NCBI GenBank assembly: GCA_937895515.1
Contig: CALAYS010000012.1
Coordinates: 11,379-75,378, forward strand
Direction of reading: 5' to 3'
Length of the DNA: 64,000 nt
Origin: an uncultured bacterium
Lineage (GTDB): Bacteria > Patescibacteriota > Minisyncoccia > Phycocordibacterales > UBA9973
The translations under genes were made by a program, and so were the position numbers. This document shows positions 26,380-35,232 of the stretch, piece by piece. Numbering within the stretch: the stretch's first letter is position 1; each line of letters opens with the position of its first letter. The notes beneath the pieces were generated by a model, which did no database searches, was not told the origin of the DNA, and saw nothing but the letters and a program-made list of their open reading frames with translations.

Positions 26380-26967
26380 ATGACACCAAAAATACCTAAA
26401 AACCGAAACAACGATAAAAAAAGAACCACTATGGCTATTGAGCGTGGAGCCCAAGTTGCTACCCGCTGGATTGGTTCAACTAAATCATTAGTTGCTCATT
26501 CAGTACTTTTTTTATTCTTTTTTTCTTTAGTGATTTTTGGAATAAAAGTTGATACTGTAATGCTTATTTTAACTACGATTGTATCACTCGAGGCTATATA
26601 TCTTTCTATTTTTATTCAAATGTCAGTTAATGATCATTCATATAGATTAGAAGAAGTCTCCGAGGATATTGAAGATATTCAAGAAGATATGGGTGAAATT
26701 CAAAAAGATGTGGAAGAAATTTCTGAAGATGTCGAAGGTATTGAAAAAGACATTGATGAGATTCAAAAAGATGTGGATGAAATTCAAGAAGATGTTGGAG
26801 AGATTTCAGAAGACGTTGAAGAAATCGGACGAGATATTGAAGAAATTTCTGAAGATGAACAAACCACAGAAAATATAAAATGCGATAATATCGCACTATC
26901 AAGAATAGAAGATACACTAACTAAACTAATCAAAGAAATAAACGAACTTAAGAAAACACAAAAATAA
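26380..26967 (+). CDS. small membrane protein (DUF1003 / low-affinity iron permease-like core) with acidic heptad-repeat tail
   Basis: 195 aa; two TM helices, then nine consecutive 7-aa repeats of pattern [EKR]D[IVM]xEI[QSEG] (nt 26662-26850). Confidence 0.65.
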   Translation: MTPKIPKNRNNDKKRTTMAIERGAQVATRWIGSTKSLVAHSVLFLFFFSLVIFGIKVDTVMLILTTIVSLEAIYLSIFIQMSVNDHSYRLEEVSEDIEDIQEDMGEIQKDVEEISEDVEGIEKDIDEIQKDVDEIQEDVGEISEDVEEIGRDIEEISEDEQTTENIKCDNIALSRIEDTLTKLIKEINELKKTQK

Positions 26968-26979
26968 CCCCTAATGGGG

Positions 26980-27558
26980 TTATTTTATTACAACTAATCC
27001 TTGACGGATGATTTTAGGTTTATCTTTTGTATAATCTACAACAGTTGAAGCAATTCCCTTTTTAGTTCCACCATCTAAATACGCATCAACAGTACTGCCA
27101 AAATATTTATGGGCTTTGTGGATACATGTTGCAGGTGGAAGACCTTGAGGATTTGCACTGGGGGCTACAATTGGTCCAACAGAATTAATTATAGAAAACA
27201 AATTACGATTAACAGGACCAATCATTCGAAAAGCAATACTACCACTGCCCCGATGAATATATTTAAATTTATTTTTATTAACTGGCAATATTATACTAAC
27301 TTTACCTGGCCAATTTTTATTTAAAAAATTATTTTGATTATGATTTAATTTAACTCCAAAAACTTTTAAACTATCAATGTTGTTAATTAATACAATCAAA
27401 GGCTTGGTATCATCTCGGCCTTTGGCTTTATAAACCTTGTCTACGGATTTTTTATCCTCGGCTTTGGCAACTATACCGTAAATAGTGTCTGTTAAAATAA
27501 CAGCAATGCCCCCAGAATTTAGGGCTTTAATTACTTTGTTTTTATTGGACTTGATCAT
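26980..27558 (-). CDS. tsaC: L-threonylcarbamoyladenylate synthase (YrdC/Sua5 family)
   Basis: 192 aa; GGIAVILTDTIYGIVA, KGRDDTKPL and SANPQG blocks of the YrdC domain. Confidence 0.85.
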   Translation of the reverse strand: MIKSNKNKVIKALNSGGIAVILTDTIYGIVAKAEDKKSVDKVYKAKGRDDTKPLIVLINNIDSLKVFGVKLNHNQNNFLNKNWPGKVSIILPVNKNKFKYIHRGSGSIAFRMIGPVNRNLFSIINSVGPIVAPSANPQGLPPATCIHKAHKYFGSTVDAYLDGGTKKGIASTVVDYTKDKPKIIRQGLVVIK

Positions 27559-27598
27559 AAATTGATATTATACCACAGGTTTAGTATAATTATGTTAT

Positions 27599-27877
27599 AT
27601 GGAAAATCCTAAAGAAAAACAACTGCACCTAAATCTAGAGGTCAGAAAAGAACCATCATTTAGAAGCATTACTAATGAAGAATTTATATATTTAAGAGAC
27701 AAATATCATATTGGTCCTGGTTTAACAGTTTTTGTATTAGGTGACCAAGAAGGTGATGAAAAATACAGAGTCAACGAACCCACAGGGCAAACAATAGCAC
27801 AGTGGAAAGAAGAACAAGATAAACTTGACGAAGGATTAAAAGAACTGGAAGACCATAGAACCTATCACCGTAGATAA
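27599..27877 (+). CDS. hypothetical protein (92 aa)
   Basis: ORF followed by a strong hairpin terminator; no recognisable motif. Confidence 0.45.
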   Translation: MENPKEKQLHLNLEVRKEPSFRSITNEEFIYLRDKYHIGPGLTVFVLGDQEGDEKYRVNEPTGQTIAQWKEEQDKLDEGLKELEDHRTYHRR

Positions 27878-27896
27878 TATAAAAACTAACACAAAA

Positions 27897-27932
27897 AATA
27901 ACTTGGAGGTCGGACCTCCAAGTTATTTTTTA
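27897..27932. terminator. bidirectional intrinsic terminator
   Basis: AATAACTTGGAGG-TCGGA-CCTCCAAGTTATT flanked by an A-run upstream and a T-run downstream. Confidence 0.75.
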
Positions 27933-28065
27933 ATTTATATTAAAAAGAAAAACTAAAACCAAAGGTTGCAGAATATAGCTTTAATAAAACAATTATGATT
28001 ATGATGATACAGATTATTCTCCACATTAGTTTAGTATGACACTAATATTGAATTTATCCTAAGTT

Positions 28066-29202
28066 TTAAACTTTAAACTCTATTGTGTCACCGTCTTTTA
28101 CAATATAGTCTTTACCAACGGTCATAAGTTTACCTTTGGCGCGGGCTTCGGCATAACTACCGGCTTCTAACAAATCTTTCCAATACACAACTTCGGCACG
28201 GATAAATTTATCACGAAAATCAGTATGGATGGCCATACCTGCAACTGGGGCAGTTGACCCACGCTCGATAGTCCAAGCCCGTGTCTCTGTCTCACCTGTT
28301 GTAAAATAAGTCTCAAGACCTAATAGATGATATGATGCACGGATTAAATCAGTAATACCATCCCCACTTTCTCCTCCAAATTCACTACGCATCATTTCTT
28401 TTTCTTCACCTTCGAAATCTTTTAACTCTTCTTCTATTTTGGCATCAAACAAAACAAATTCCGCTCCTTGGTCTTGAATTTCAGCTAATAGTTCATTATA
28501 TATTTGAGGGGCTTCAGTATTTAAATTCTTGGCTCCTGCGCGTGTATTTAGCCCGTAGAGCATTGGTTTAAGAGTTATAAGCCCAAGTTGCTTCATGGCT
28601 TTGAATTCGTCCTCGTCCAATACTGCGCGCCGTGCAGGCATACCGTTTTCAAGCATTGCGTAAACCTTTTCAATAGCCGCAAATTCTATAACAGCTTCTT
28701 TTACGCCTTTAGATGCGTCTTTTTGGACATTGGCTCGTCTTTTAGTTACAGTATCCAAATCAGCCAAAGCTAATTCCATATTAATAACGCTCATGTCTCT
28801 TGATGGATTAAAATCAGTATAAACATGTTGCATTTCCCCACCACTTAAAGATTTACCATCCTTACCAATGTTTGTTATTGGAAAAAGTCTAACAAGATGA
28901 AGTATTGCATCAACTTCACGAATATGAGTTAAAAATTTATTACCTAAACCTTCACCTTTACTTGCCCCTTCTACAAGCCCTGCAATGTCTACAAATTCAA
29001 CAACTGCTGGGACTGTTTTTATAGATTTGGAAAATATTCCAAGCAAGTTTAATCTTTCATCTGGCACAGGGACAATACCCACTGATGGATCAATAGTACA
29101 AAATGGATAATTCTCTGCCGGAACAGATTTTTTAGTTAAAGCGTTAAACAATGTTGATTTACCAACATTCGGTAGCCCTACAATTCCAATACTTAATTTC
29201 AT
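28066..29202 (-). CDS. ychF: ribosome-binding ATPase YchF
   Basis: 378 aa; GIVGLPNVGKSTLFNALT P-loop; C-terminal RAWTIERGSTAPVAGMAIHTDF...FIRAEV block. Confidence 0.95.
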   Translation of the reverse strand: MKLSIGIVGLPNVGKSTLFNALTKKSVPAENYPFCTIDPSVGIVPVPDERLNLLGIFSKSIKTVPAVVEFVDIAGLVEGASKGEGLGNKFLTHIREVDAILHLVRLFPITNIGKDGKSLSGGEMQHVYTDFNPSRDMSVINMELALADLDTVTKRRANVQKDASKGVKEAVIEFAAIEKVYAMLENGMPARRAVLDEDEFKAMKQLGLITLKPMLYGLNTRAGAKNLNTEAPQIYNELLAEIQDQGAEFVLFDAKIEEELKDFEGEEKEMMRSEFGGESGDGITDLIRASYHLLGLETYFTTGETETRAWTIERGSTAPVAGMAIHTDFRDKFIRAEVVYWKDLLEAGSYAEARAKGKLMTVGKDYIVKDGDTIEFKV

Positions 29203-29243
29203 AAGGTTAATATAGCAGAAATTAAGTATTTTTCAAACAAAAA

Positions 29244-29271
29244 AACAAACCCCGCAACGCGGGGTTTGTTT
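29244..29271 (-). terminator. intrinsic terminator downstream of the SBBP gene
   Basis: ACAAACCCCGC-AAC-GCGGGGTTTGT; on the minus strand it is followed by a T-run. Confidence 0.75.
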
Positions 29272-29281
29272 AATAAATTAA

Positions 29282-30364
29282 TTATTGAACTAAATCAAAC
29301 TTTGCAAAGAATATATCTTTACCACCATTTGAAGTTAAATTACGTGTAGTTGCACCTGGTGCAAAATCTACAGTACCTTCGAATTGTCCAGCAATGTACA
29401 CATTATTTGATGAATCAATATTTATAGAATTTGCTTGATCATCACCTGTACTACCAATACCAACAGCAGCTATATAATTACCTGAATTATCAATAACACT
29501 AATGAATACGTCTTTTGCTCCAGCTGAAGTTAAGTTAGCTGTATTTGCACTTGGGTCAAAGTCAGCTGTACCTTCAAAGTATCCTGTTGAATAAATATTT
29601 GCATTTGAATCAAGAACTAATGAATAACCAGTGTCCCATAGATTACCCCCAAAATTTTTAGCCCAAACATAATTACCTGATGCGTCTAATTTTGAAATAT
29701 AAACTTGATCAAGATAAGTTTGTCCACCTGGAGCTGTCATGTTAGCTGTACCTGCACCTGGGTCAAAGTCAGCTGTACCTGCAAATAGGCCCTTTGTATA
29801 GACATTACCATTAGCATCAACTGCTATAGAGTTACCTACTGTCCAACTATTACCACCCATGTTTTTTGCCCAAACATAGCGACCATTTGAATCTAATTTA
29901 AGAACAAAAGCATTTGCCCCACTTGAAGTAGACAAATTTACTGTTGGTTCACCTGGGTCAAAGTCAGCTGTACCATTAAAGTAACCAGTAATATAAACAT
30001 TACCATCAGTATCAAGACTAATAGCGTTACCATGTTCGTCTGATGTACCACCTATACGGCGCACCCAAACTAAATTACCGCTTGAATTTACTTTTTGAAT
30101 AAATACATCGCCTGCACCTTTTGATGTATAACCTCGTACAGTAGAGCTTGGGTCAAAGTCAGCTGTACCTTCGAAATACCCTGTAATGTATGTATTTCCT
30201 GCTGTATCGACAACAGAAGCCAATGCGACATCTACACCATTACCACCAACGTTTTTAGCGTATGTGTTAGATAGATCAGCTGCGCTAACAGTTGAAACTA
30301 AACCAAAACCAATAATAATTCCTAATAATATAGAAAATATGGAAAATTTATTTTTGTTAATCAT
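29282..30364 (-). CDS. secreted SBBP (beta-propeller) repeat protein
   Basis: 360 aa; signal-peptide-like N-terminus; about seven repeats of GN.Y.TG.F.GTADFDPG. Confidence 0.8.
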   Translation of the reverse strand: MINKNKFSIFSILLGIIIGFGLVSTVSAADLSNTYAKNVGGNGVDVALASVVDTAGNTYITGYFEGTADFDPSSTVRGYTSKGAGDVFIQKVNSSGNLVWVRRIGGTSDEHGNAISLDTDGNVYITGYFNGTADFDPGEPTVNLSTSSGANAFVLKLDSNGRYVWAKNMGGNSWTVGNSIAVDANGNVYTKGLFAGTADFDPGAGTANMTAPGGQTYLDQVYISKLDASGNYVWAKNFGGNLWDTGYSLVLDSNANIYSTGYFEGTADFDPSANTANLTSAGAKDVFISVIDNSGNYIAAVGIGSTGDDQANSINIDSSNNVYIAGQFEGTVDFAPGATTRNLTSNGGKDIFFAKFDLVQ

Positions 30365-30432
30365 ATAACAATATACTACTCTTTATGAAAATAAAAAGCA
30401 AGTATATTTGGTTTTTGTAAATAGGTGATTTT

Positions 30433-32622
30433 TTACTTAAAATTATTGATTTTTTTAATAGTAGCTGAACCCAAATAACCATTAGCTGGTTTTATATTAT
30501 TAGATTTTTGAAAATCAATTAAAGCCTTGCGAGTATAAAAACCAAAATATTTTGTCTCTTTTCCTGGTGAGCCAGCTCCATTTTTAGAAACTAAAAACCC
30601 GTTATTATTTAAAAACTTTTGAAGCTCAACAACACTATCGTCTCTAACTCCAAATTTTAAAGTTTTATTAAATTTAAAATTATCAGTTATTTCTTCTTTA
30701 GGAGAATTATTTTGATTTAAATTATTGTCTATTTTTATTTGATCATTTTGTTGTTGTAACGGAGGTTGATTAATAGTTTGAACATTTTGTTGTTGTGATA
30801 TAGGTTGATTAATATTTTGATTTTGTGCTGTAGCACTTATTGATTGTAAAATTGATATAGGTATAACCCCACAACCTGGCATAGAAAATGAAGAAACTGA
30901 GCTATAAGATACATTTGAATATTGGTCTGTAGATTTAACTCGGTAAGAATAATCAGAACAAGAATTTAAGTCTGTAAGAGAAACAGAATGTGTTGTTACT
31001 GGAGATGTTATGTCTGTTTCTGTTGTAGTTGAACCTAATGATGAAGTTTTACCGTATTCAACCAAAGTGCTTGAAACTTCATTAGTCTGCCAAGATACAA
31101 TAGCTGATGATCCAGCAATATTAGAAACTGATACAGAAGTAATTTCAGGAGCAGTAGTATCAGGAGCTAAAACAGAAAGAAAAATATCTGTACTACCCAA
31201 TGATGTTGCGTTTGATGTACCTAAACTTGGATCAAAATCAACAGTTGATGAAAATTGACCAACAGTATAAATAATTTCATTTATTGTATCAACATACAAA
31301 CCATTTGAACTATCCGCCCCAGATCCAGAAAGTCCTTTGGCATAAACATAATTAGCGCTGGAATCAAGCTTTAAAATAAAAGTATCAGTTGAGCCACCAG
31401 ATATCAAGTTAGCTGTACCTGCACCAGGGTCGAAATCAACAGTTCCAATAAAAGACCCGGTTAGGTATATAGCGCCTGAAGTATTGTCTATAAATAATGA
31501 ATTACCAATTGCTGGCTGGTCGTTACCATCACTGCCACCAACTTGTTTAACCCAAGAAAAAACCCCGGTTGAGTCAAGTTTACTTATAAATAAATCTCGA
31601 CTACCGGCAGAAGTTAAGTTAGCAGTACCTGCACCTGGGTCAAAGTCAGCAGTACCATTAAAATAACCAGCTGTATAGACATTACCATTAGTATCAACAG
31701 CGATATTCATACCAATGTCACTACCTGAACCACCCATTTTTTTAGCCCAAACATAAGTACCACTGGAATCAAGCTTGAGTACAAAAATATCATCACCACT
31801 AGCTGTAAGATTAGCAGTACCTGCACCTGGGTCAAAGTCAGCAGTACTTTCAAAATAACCAGTTATGTAAACATTACCGCTAGAATCAAGAGCTAAAGAA
31901 TAAGCTGTGTCCCATTGGGAACCACCAATACTTTTAGCCCAAGAATAGTTACCGCTTAAATCAAGTTTTAAAATAAAAGATTGATCAAGATAAGTTTGCC
32001 CACCTGGAGCAGTTAAATTAGCCGTACCTGCGCCGGGGTCAAAGTCAGTAGTACCAGCAAATAAACCAGTAGTGTATATACCATTAGTATCAACAGCGAT
32101 AGAATAAATTGCATTCCAACTATTACCACCCATATTTTTAGCCCAAGAAAAATCACCGTTTGAGTCAAGTTTTAAGATAAAAGCGTCACCATTAGAACCA
32201 CCAGTTAAGCTTGATGTACCTGCACCAGGGTCAAAGTCAGTAGCACCAATAAAAGAACCAGCAACATATATATTACCACTAGAATCAACAGTAACAGCAT
32301 TACCTGAATCAGCACTACTACCACCAACTTGTTTAACCCAAGAAAAAGCCCCGGTTGAGTCAAGTTTTAAAATAAAAATATCAGTAGAACCATTTGAAGT
32401 TAATTCGGCAGTACTACTAGATGGATCAAAATCAACAGTTCCACTAAAAGAACCAGTTATGTAAATATTATTAGAAGAATCTAAAAATACAGATTTTGCA
32501 ATATCTGCGCCGGTACCTCCGACTGTTTTTGCATAGCTATAACCAACATCTGCATTTGCAGAATTAGAGATTAAAAATAATAGTATAAAAGATACTAAAA
32601 AAATTTTTTTATAATTTTTCAT
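30433..32622 (-). CDS. secreted SBBP-repeat protein with Fn3-like and C-terminal peptidoglycan-binding (PG_binding_1-like) domains
   Basis: 729 aa; N-terminal signal peptide, about ten SBBP-type repeats, an Fn3-like segment (SVSNIAGSSAIVSWQT...YSYRVKSTD), a Q/N-rich linker, then VVELQKFLNNNGF...FGFYTRKALIDFQ. Confidence 0.8.
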   Translation of the reverse strand: MKNYKKIFLVSFILLFLISNSANADVGYSYAKTVGGTGADIAKSVFLDSSNNIYITGSFSGTVDFDPSSSTAELTSNGSTDIFILKLDSTGAFSWVKQVGGSSADSGNAVTVDSSGNIYVAGSFIGATDFDPGAGTSSLTGGSNGDAFILKLDSNGDFSWAKNMGGNSWNAIYSIAVDTNGIYTTGLFAGTTDFDPGAGTANLTAPGGQTYLDQSFILKLDLSGNYSWAKSIGGSQWDTAYSLALDSSGNVYITGYFESTADFDPGAGTANLTASGDDIFVLKLDSSGTYVWAKKMGGSGSDIGMNIAVDTNGNVYTAGYFNGTADFDPGAGTANLTSAGSRDLFISKLDSTGVFSWVKQVGGSDGNDQPAIGNSLFIDNTSGAIYLTGSFIGTVDFDPGAGTANLISGGSTDTFILKLDSSANYVYAKGLSGSGADSSNGLYVDTINEIIYTVGQFSSTVDFDPSLGTSNATSLGSTDIFLSVLAPDTTAPEITSVSVSNIAGSSAIVSWQTNEVSSTLVEYGKTSSLGSTTTETDITSPVTTHSVSLTDLNSCSDYSYRVKSTDQYSNVSYSSVSSFSMPGCGVIPISILQSISATAQNQNINQPISQQQNVQTINQPPLQQQNDQIKIDNNLNQNNSPKEEITDNFKFNKTLKFGVRDDSVVELQKFLNNNGFLVSKNGAGSPGKETKYFGFYTRKALIDFQKSNNIKPANGYLGSATIKKINNFK

Positions 32623-32632
32623 AATAGTATCA

Positions 32633-32962
32633 TTATACTATGTTCTGCATATTAATACTACCCATTAATTCCATCAATGGTGCTAGAGCTTCACGGTGTT
32701 TTACGAACTGGTCTTTATACTTCATCATTACTGTTATTTGTGCCATTTGGGCATTCATACCACCAGCGATTTTTTCTTCAGTTTCAGTTTGAACTTTTTC
32801 AAGAAGCTCTTTGACTTCTTTATTATCTTCTAGTGATTTTAATTTATTAGCAAGGTCTGGATTTGCTTCAATTTTTTTTACCAAATCATCAATTTGTTCC
32901 TCGGAAGCCCCCTTCATTTTGCTACCTAAAACCTTTTTTAATACAAAACTCTTTAATCCCAT
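32633..32962 (-). CDS. hypothetical protein (109 aa)
   Basis: ORF in an operon-like position upstream of the SBBP genes; no motif recognised. Confidence 0.45.
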   Translation of the reverse strand: MGLKSFVLKKVLGSKMKGASEEQIDDLVKKIEANPDLANKLKSLEDNKEVKELLEKVQTETEEKIAGGMNAQMAQITVMMKYKDQFVKHREALAPLMELMGSINMQNIV

Positions 32963-33047
32963 ATAATATGTATATTACTTGTATACCCACAATATAGCAT
33001 AAAATCTCCTATTTTACGAATTCATAAAAAGTGATATAATTTCCTAT

Positions 33048-33389
33048 ATGTTTAATTTTATGTCACTGGTGAGTGAAAAAGGTAAAGAAAAACACAAAAG
33101 TGTGCTTAAGGATTTTTATGAGAAATTTATTAAAGGTGAAGTAACAGCCCAAGATGCGTTTGATAAATTAAAAAATAGTGATATTGACCCAGATAATTAT
33201 GATGATAAGAAAAAATATTGGAAAATTTTTGATTTCATAAATAAAAATCTATCATCATTATCAAATGAAGATAGAGACTATTGGGAAGATGAGGATAATC
33301 AAAATAAAATTTATGCAAAATGTTCCGAAGCTGCAAAAGATATTTTAGAAGGTCGTGAACCAGAAGAAATATCAGACGAAGAAGAATAA
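33048..33389 (+). CDS. hypothetical acidic protein (113 aa)
   Basis: ORF followed directly by a hairpin terminator. Confidence 0.45.
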   Translation: MFNFMSLVSEKGKEKHKSVLKDFYEKFIKGEVTAQDAFDKLKNSDIDPDNYDDKKKYWKIFDFINKNLSSLSNEDRDYWEDEDNQNKIYAKCSEAAKDILEGREPEEISDEEE

Positions 33390-33390
33390 C

Positions 33391-33420
33391 AAAAACCACA
33401 GAATATTCTGTGGTTTTTGT
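33391..33420 (+). terminator. intrinsic terminator
   Basis: AAAAACCACAGAAT-ATTCTGTGGTTTTT palindrome followed by T residues. Confidence 0.75.
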
Positions 33421-33469
33421 TATTGAAAATAATCTGTTATTCTGTTATAAATGAATGATAAACAAATAT

Positions 33470-33541
33470 GGCCCTATCGTCTAACGGTTAGGACATCGCC
33501 TTCTCAAGGCGGTAATCAGGGTTCGATTCCCTGTAGGGTCA
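33470..33541 (+). tRNA. tRNA-Glu (anticodon CUC)
   Basis: GGCCCUAUCGUCUAACGGUUAGGAC... typical tRNA-Glu 5' half; anticodon stem UCGCC/GGCGG with loop UUCUCAA; T arm CAGGG-UUCGAUU-CCCUG; acceptor GGCCCUA/UAGGGUC. Confidence 0.9.
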
Positions 33542-33715
33542 CATGGAATAAAATAATATGTTCTTTGTATTATTTTATTACACCGTGAATCTCTATGAGA
33601 TAATCGAAAGTCGGAAGAATTTTAATTCTGAGACCGGGTCGGGACATTGAGATAGAATTTGAGTACTACGAAAAATTATATCCAATGATCGTGACCGATT
33701 CCCTGTAGGGTCACA
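33524..33715 (+). repeat. exact 20-bp direct repeat of the tRNA-Glu 3' end (att-like) bracketing 152 bp
   Basis: CGATTCCCTGTAGGGTCACA occurs at 33524-33543 (inside the tRNA) and again at 33696-33715. Confidence 0.85.
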
Positions 33716-33894
33716 AAAGCAGGTGGCATAAAAGACTGAACTTCTTCAGTCTTTTTTGCTTTTGTGAAGGCGCAGGTATATTTTTGTTTGAGTGATAACG
33801 AAAGGCAAAAATACCGAGCTGGGGTCGCGCAAAATTTGAGTCAACAAATTTATGTGTGACACAATTTTTTCTATGTTATAATTTTCTTATGTAA

Positions 33895-34206
33895 ATTTGG
33901 ATTATATCGCTAATAGGATTAATTGTTTTAGAAGCCATTGCCGATTATTATGCTGGTGGCTTTGCTAAAAATGGAAAAATTATTTGGGCTATTGTGGCAA
34001 TAGCTACATATACAATGGCTAATATTAGCTGGCTTATTTCCATCCGCAATGGGTCAGGGCTTGCAAAAGGAGCTTCAATTTTTGCTTTATCGTCAGTACT
34101 ACTAGGCGTAGGTATTGGAATTTTAATTTATAACGAACAATTAACACACCTTCAATATTTTGGTGTTGGGCTTGGAATTGTAGCACTAGTATTGATTTTA
34201 TATTAA
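33895..34206 (+). CDS. SMR-family (EmrE/SugE-like) small membrane transporter, start codon unresolved
   Basis: The open frame from 33895 encodes about 104 aa with four hydrophobic helices and a TM1 Glu (LIVLEAIADYY). The first canonical start (GTG 33994) would delete TM1. An in-frame ATG-TAA lies at 33889-33894. Confidence 0.5.
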   Translation: MWIISLIGLIVLEAIADYYAGGFAKNGKIIWAIVAIATYTMANISWLISIRNGSGLAKGASIFALSSVLLGVGIGILIYNEQLTHLQYFGVGLGIVALVLILY

Positions 34207-34226
34207 AAAATATTTAAGTTTATTCA

Positions 34227-35228
34227 CTAAACATAAAACAAAGATAGTTCTTTATTTATTGCTTCGTCTAAAAGTTCTTTTTCTATCATCCAGTTTTCTG
34301 AAAAAGCATGCGATAAATAACTATCCCCGCTATCACCTATTACCAAAACCATATTTTTAGGAACTTTATTTTCTTCACTATTTTTTATAAATTTCATAGC
34401 ATAATAAAGAATCATTCCACTTGAATCTCCAACAAGTAAACCTTTATTTCTAGCAAAAAATCTCATAGTATTGAAAGCTTCAGCATCTGAAACATAATCA
34501 TGTATATCAATTATGGAATGATCAATATTTTTAGGTAAAACAGCTCCTGATGGGTAACCTGGACCAGATATAAAATACCCATGACCATGTGGTGAAAAAT
34601 GACTAGACCCTACTGGTTCAAGAGCTACAACTTTTGCTTTACTATTTTCCTTTAAATATTTTCCTGAACCACAAAGAGAACTACCAGTCCCAACACTTCC
34701 TATAAAATAATCTAAATCAGGGATTTGTTCTAAAATTTCTTTACCTAAATTATGATATCCCAAAGGATTTGCGGGGTTATCATACTGGTCAAGATTAATA
34801 CCATTATTTTCATTTGCTAATTTTTTTGCAGCATTACGCCGTACATCTACCAAATGCCCACCTTTTGTATCTTCTTCATCGGTACAAAAATGAAGCTTGC
34901 CACCATAAGCTAAAATAGAGTTAAGTTTGTCTGCTGGAGCATGCTTGTCCACAACTGCTACAAAATTATAACCTCTTTCAGCGGAAATCATTGCCAAAGC
35001 TCTGGCAGTATTACCAGAAGAAGATTCATATATAGTCATACCCCTTTTTAATAATCCTTTCTTTTCTGCTTCTTCAATAAGAGATTTAGCGGTACGGTCT
35101 TTAAAACTACCACTAGGATTAAAATATTCTAACTTTAAATAAATATTCCAGTCTGGTCTTGTGGTTTTTATTTTTAATAATGGGGTGGCACCAATTAAAT
35201 CAGATAAATTTTCTTTTATATTATTCAT
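34227..35228 (-). CDS. PLP-dependent cysteine synthase / CBS-family enzyme
   Basis: 333 aa; PLP-lysine motif NPSGSFKDRTA, SSGNTARALA, GTGSS loop. Confidence 0.85.
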   Translation of the reverse strand: MNNIKENLSDLIGATPLLKIKTTRPDWNIYLKLEYFNPSGSFKDRTAKSLIEEAEKKGLLKRGMTIYESSSGNTARALAMISAERGYNFVAVVDKHAPADKLNSILAYGGKLHFCTDEEDTKGGHLVDVRRNAAKKLANENNGINLDQYDNPANPLGYHNLGKEILEQIPDLDYFIGSVGTGSSLCGSGKYLKENSKAKVVALEPVGSSHFSPHGHGYFISGPGYPSGAVLPKNIDHSIIDIHDYVSDAEAFNTMRFFARNKGLLVGDSSGMILYYAMKFIKNSEENKVPKNMVLVIGDSGDSYLSHAFSENWMIEKELLDEAINKELSLFYV

Positions 35229-35232
35229 AGAT

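Noticed and set aside
26627-26917. Two ORFs (26627-26917 minus, 26669-26878 plus) with repetitive K/F/L-rich translations; the 21-nt periodicity was also considered as a CRISPR-like array
   Set aside because: They are frame artefacts of the heptad-repeat coding region of the 26380-26967 gene. The period is 21 nt with no spacer/repeat alternation, and there are no cas genes.
33716-33894. Possible guanidine (ykkC, mini-ykkC, ykkC-III) riboswitch upstream of the SMR-family gene
   Set aside because: I found no pair of ACGR-looped hairpins and no recognisable ykkC or guanidine-III consensus blocks. Only generic GC patches and a terminator-like hairpin (AGACTGAA/TTCAGTCT) are present.
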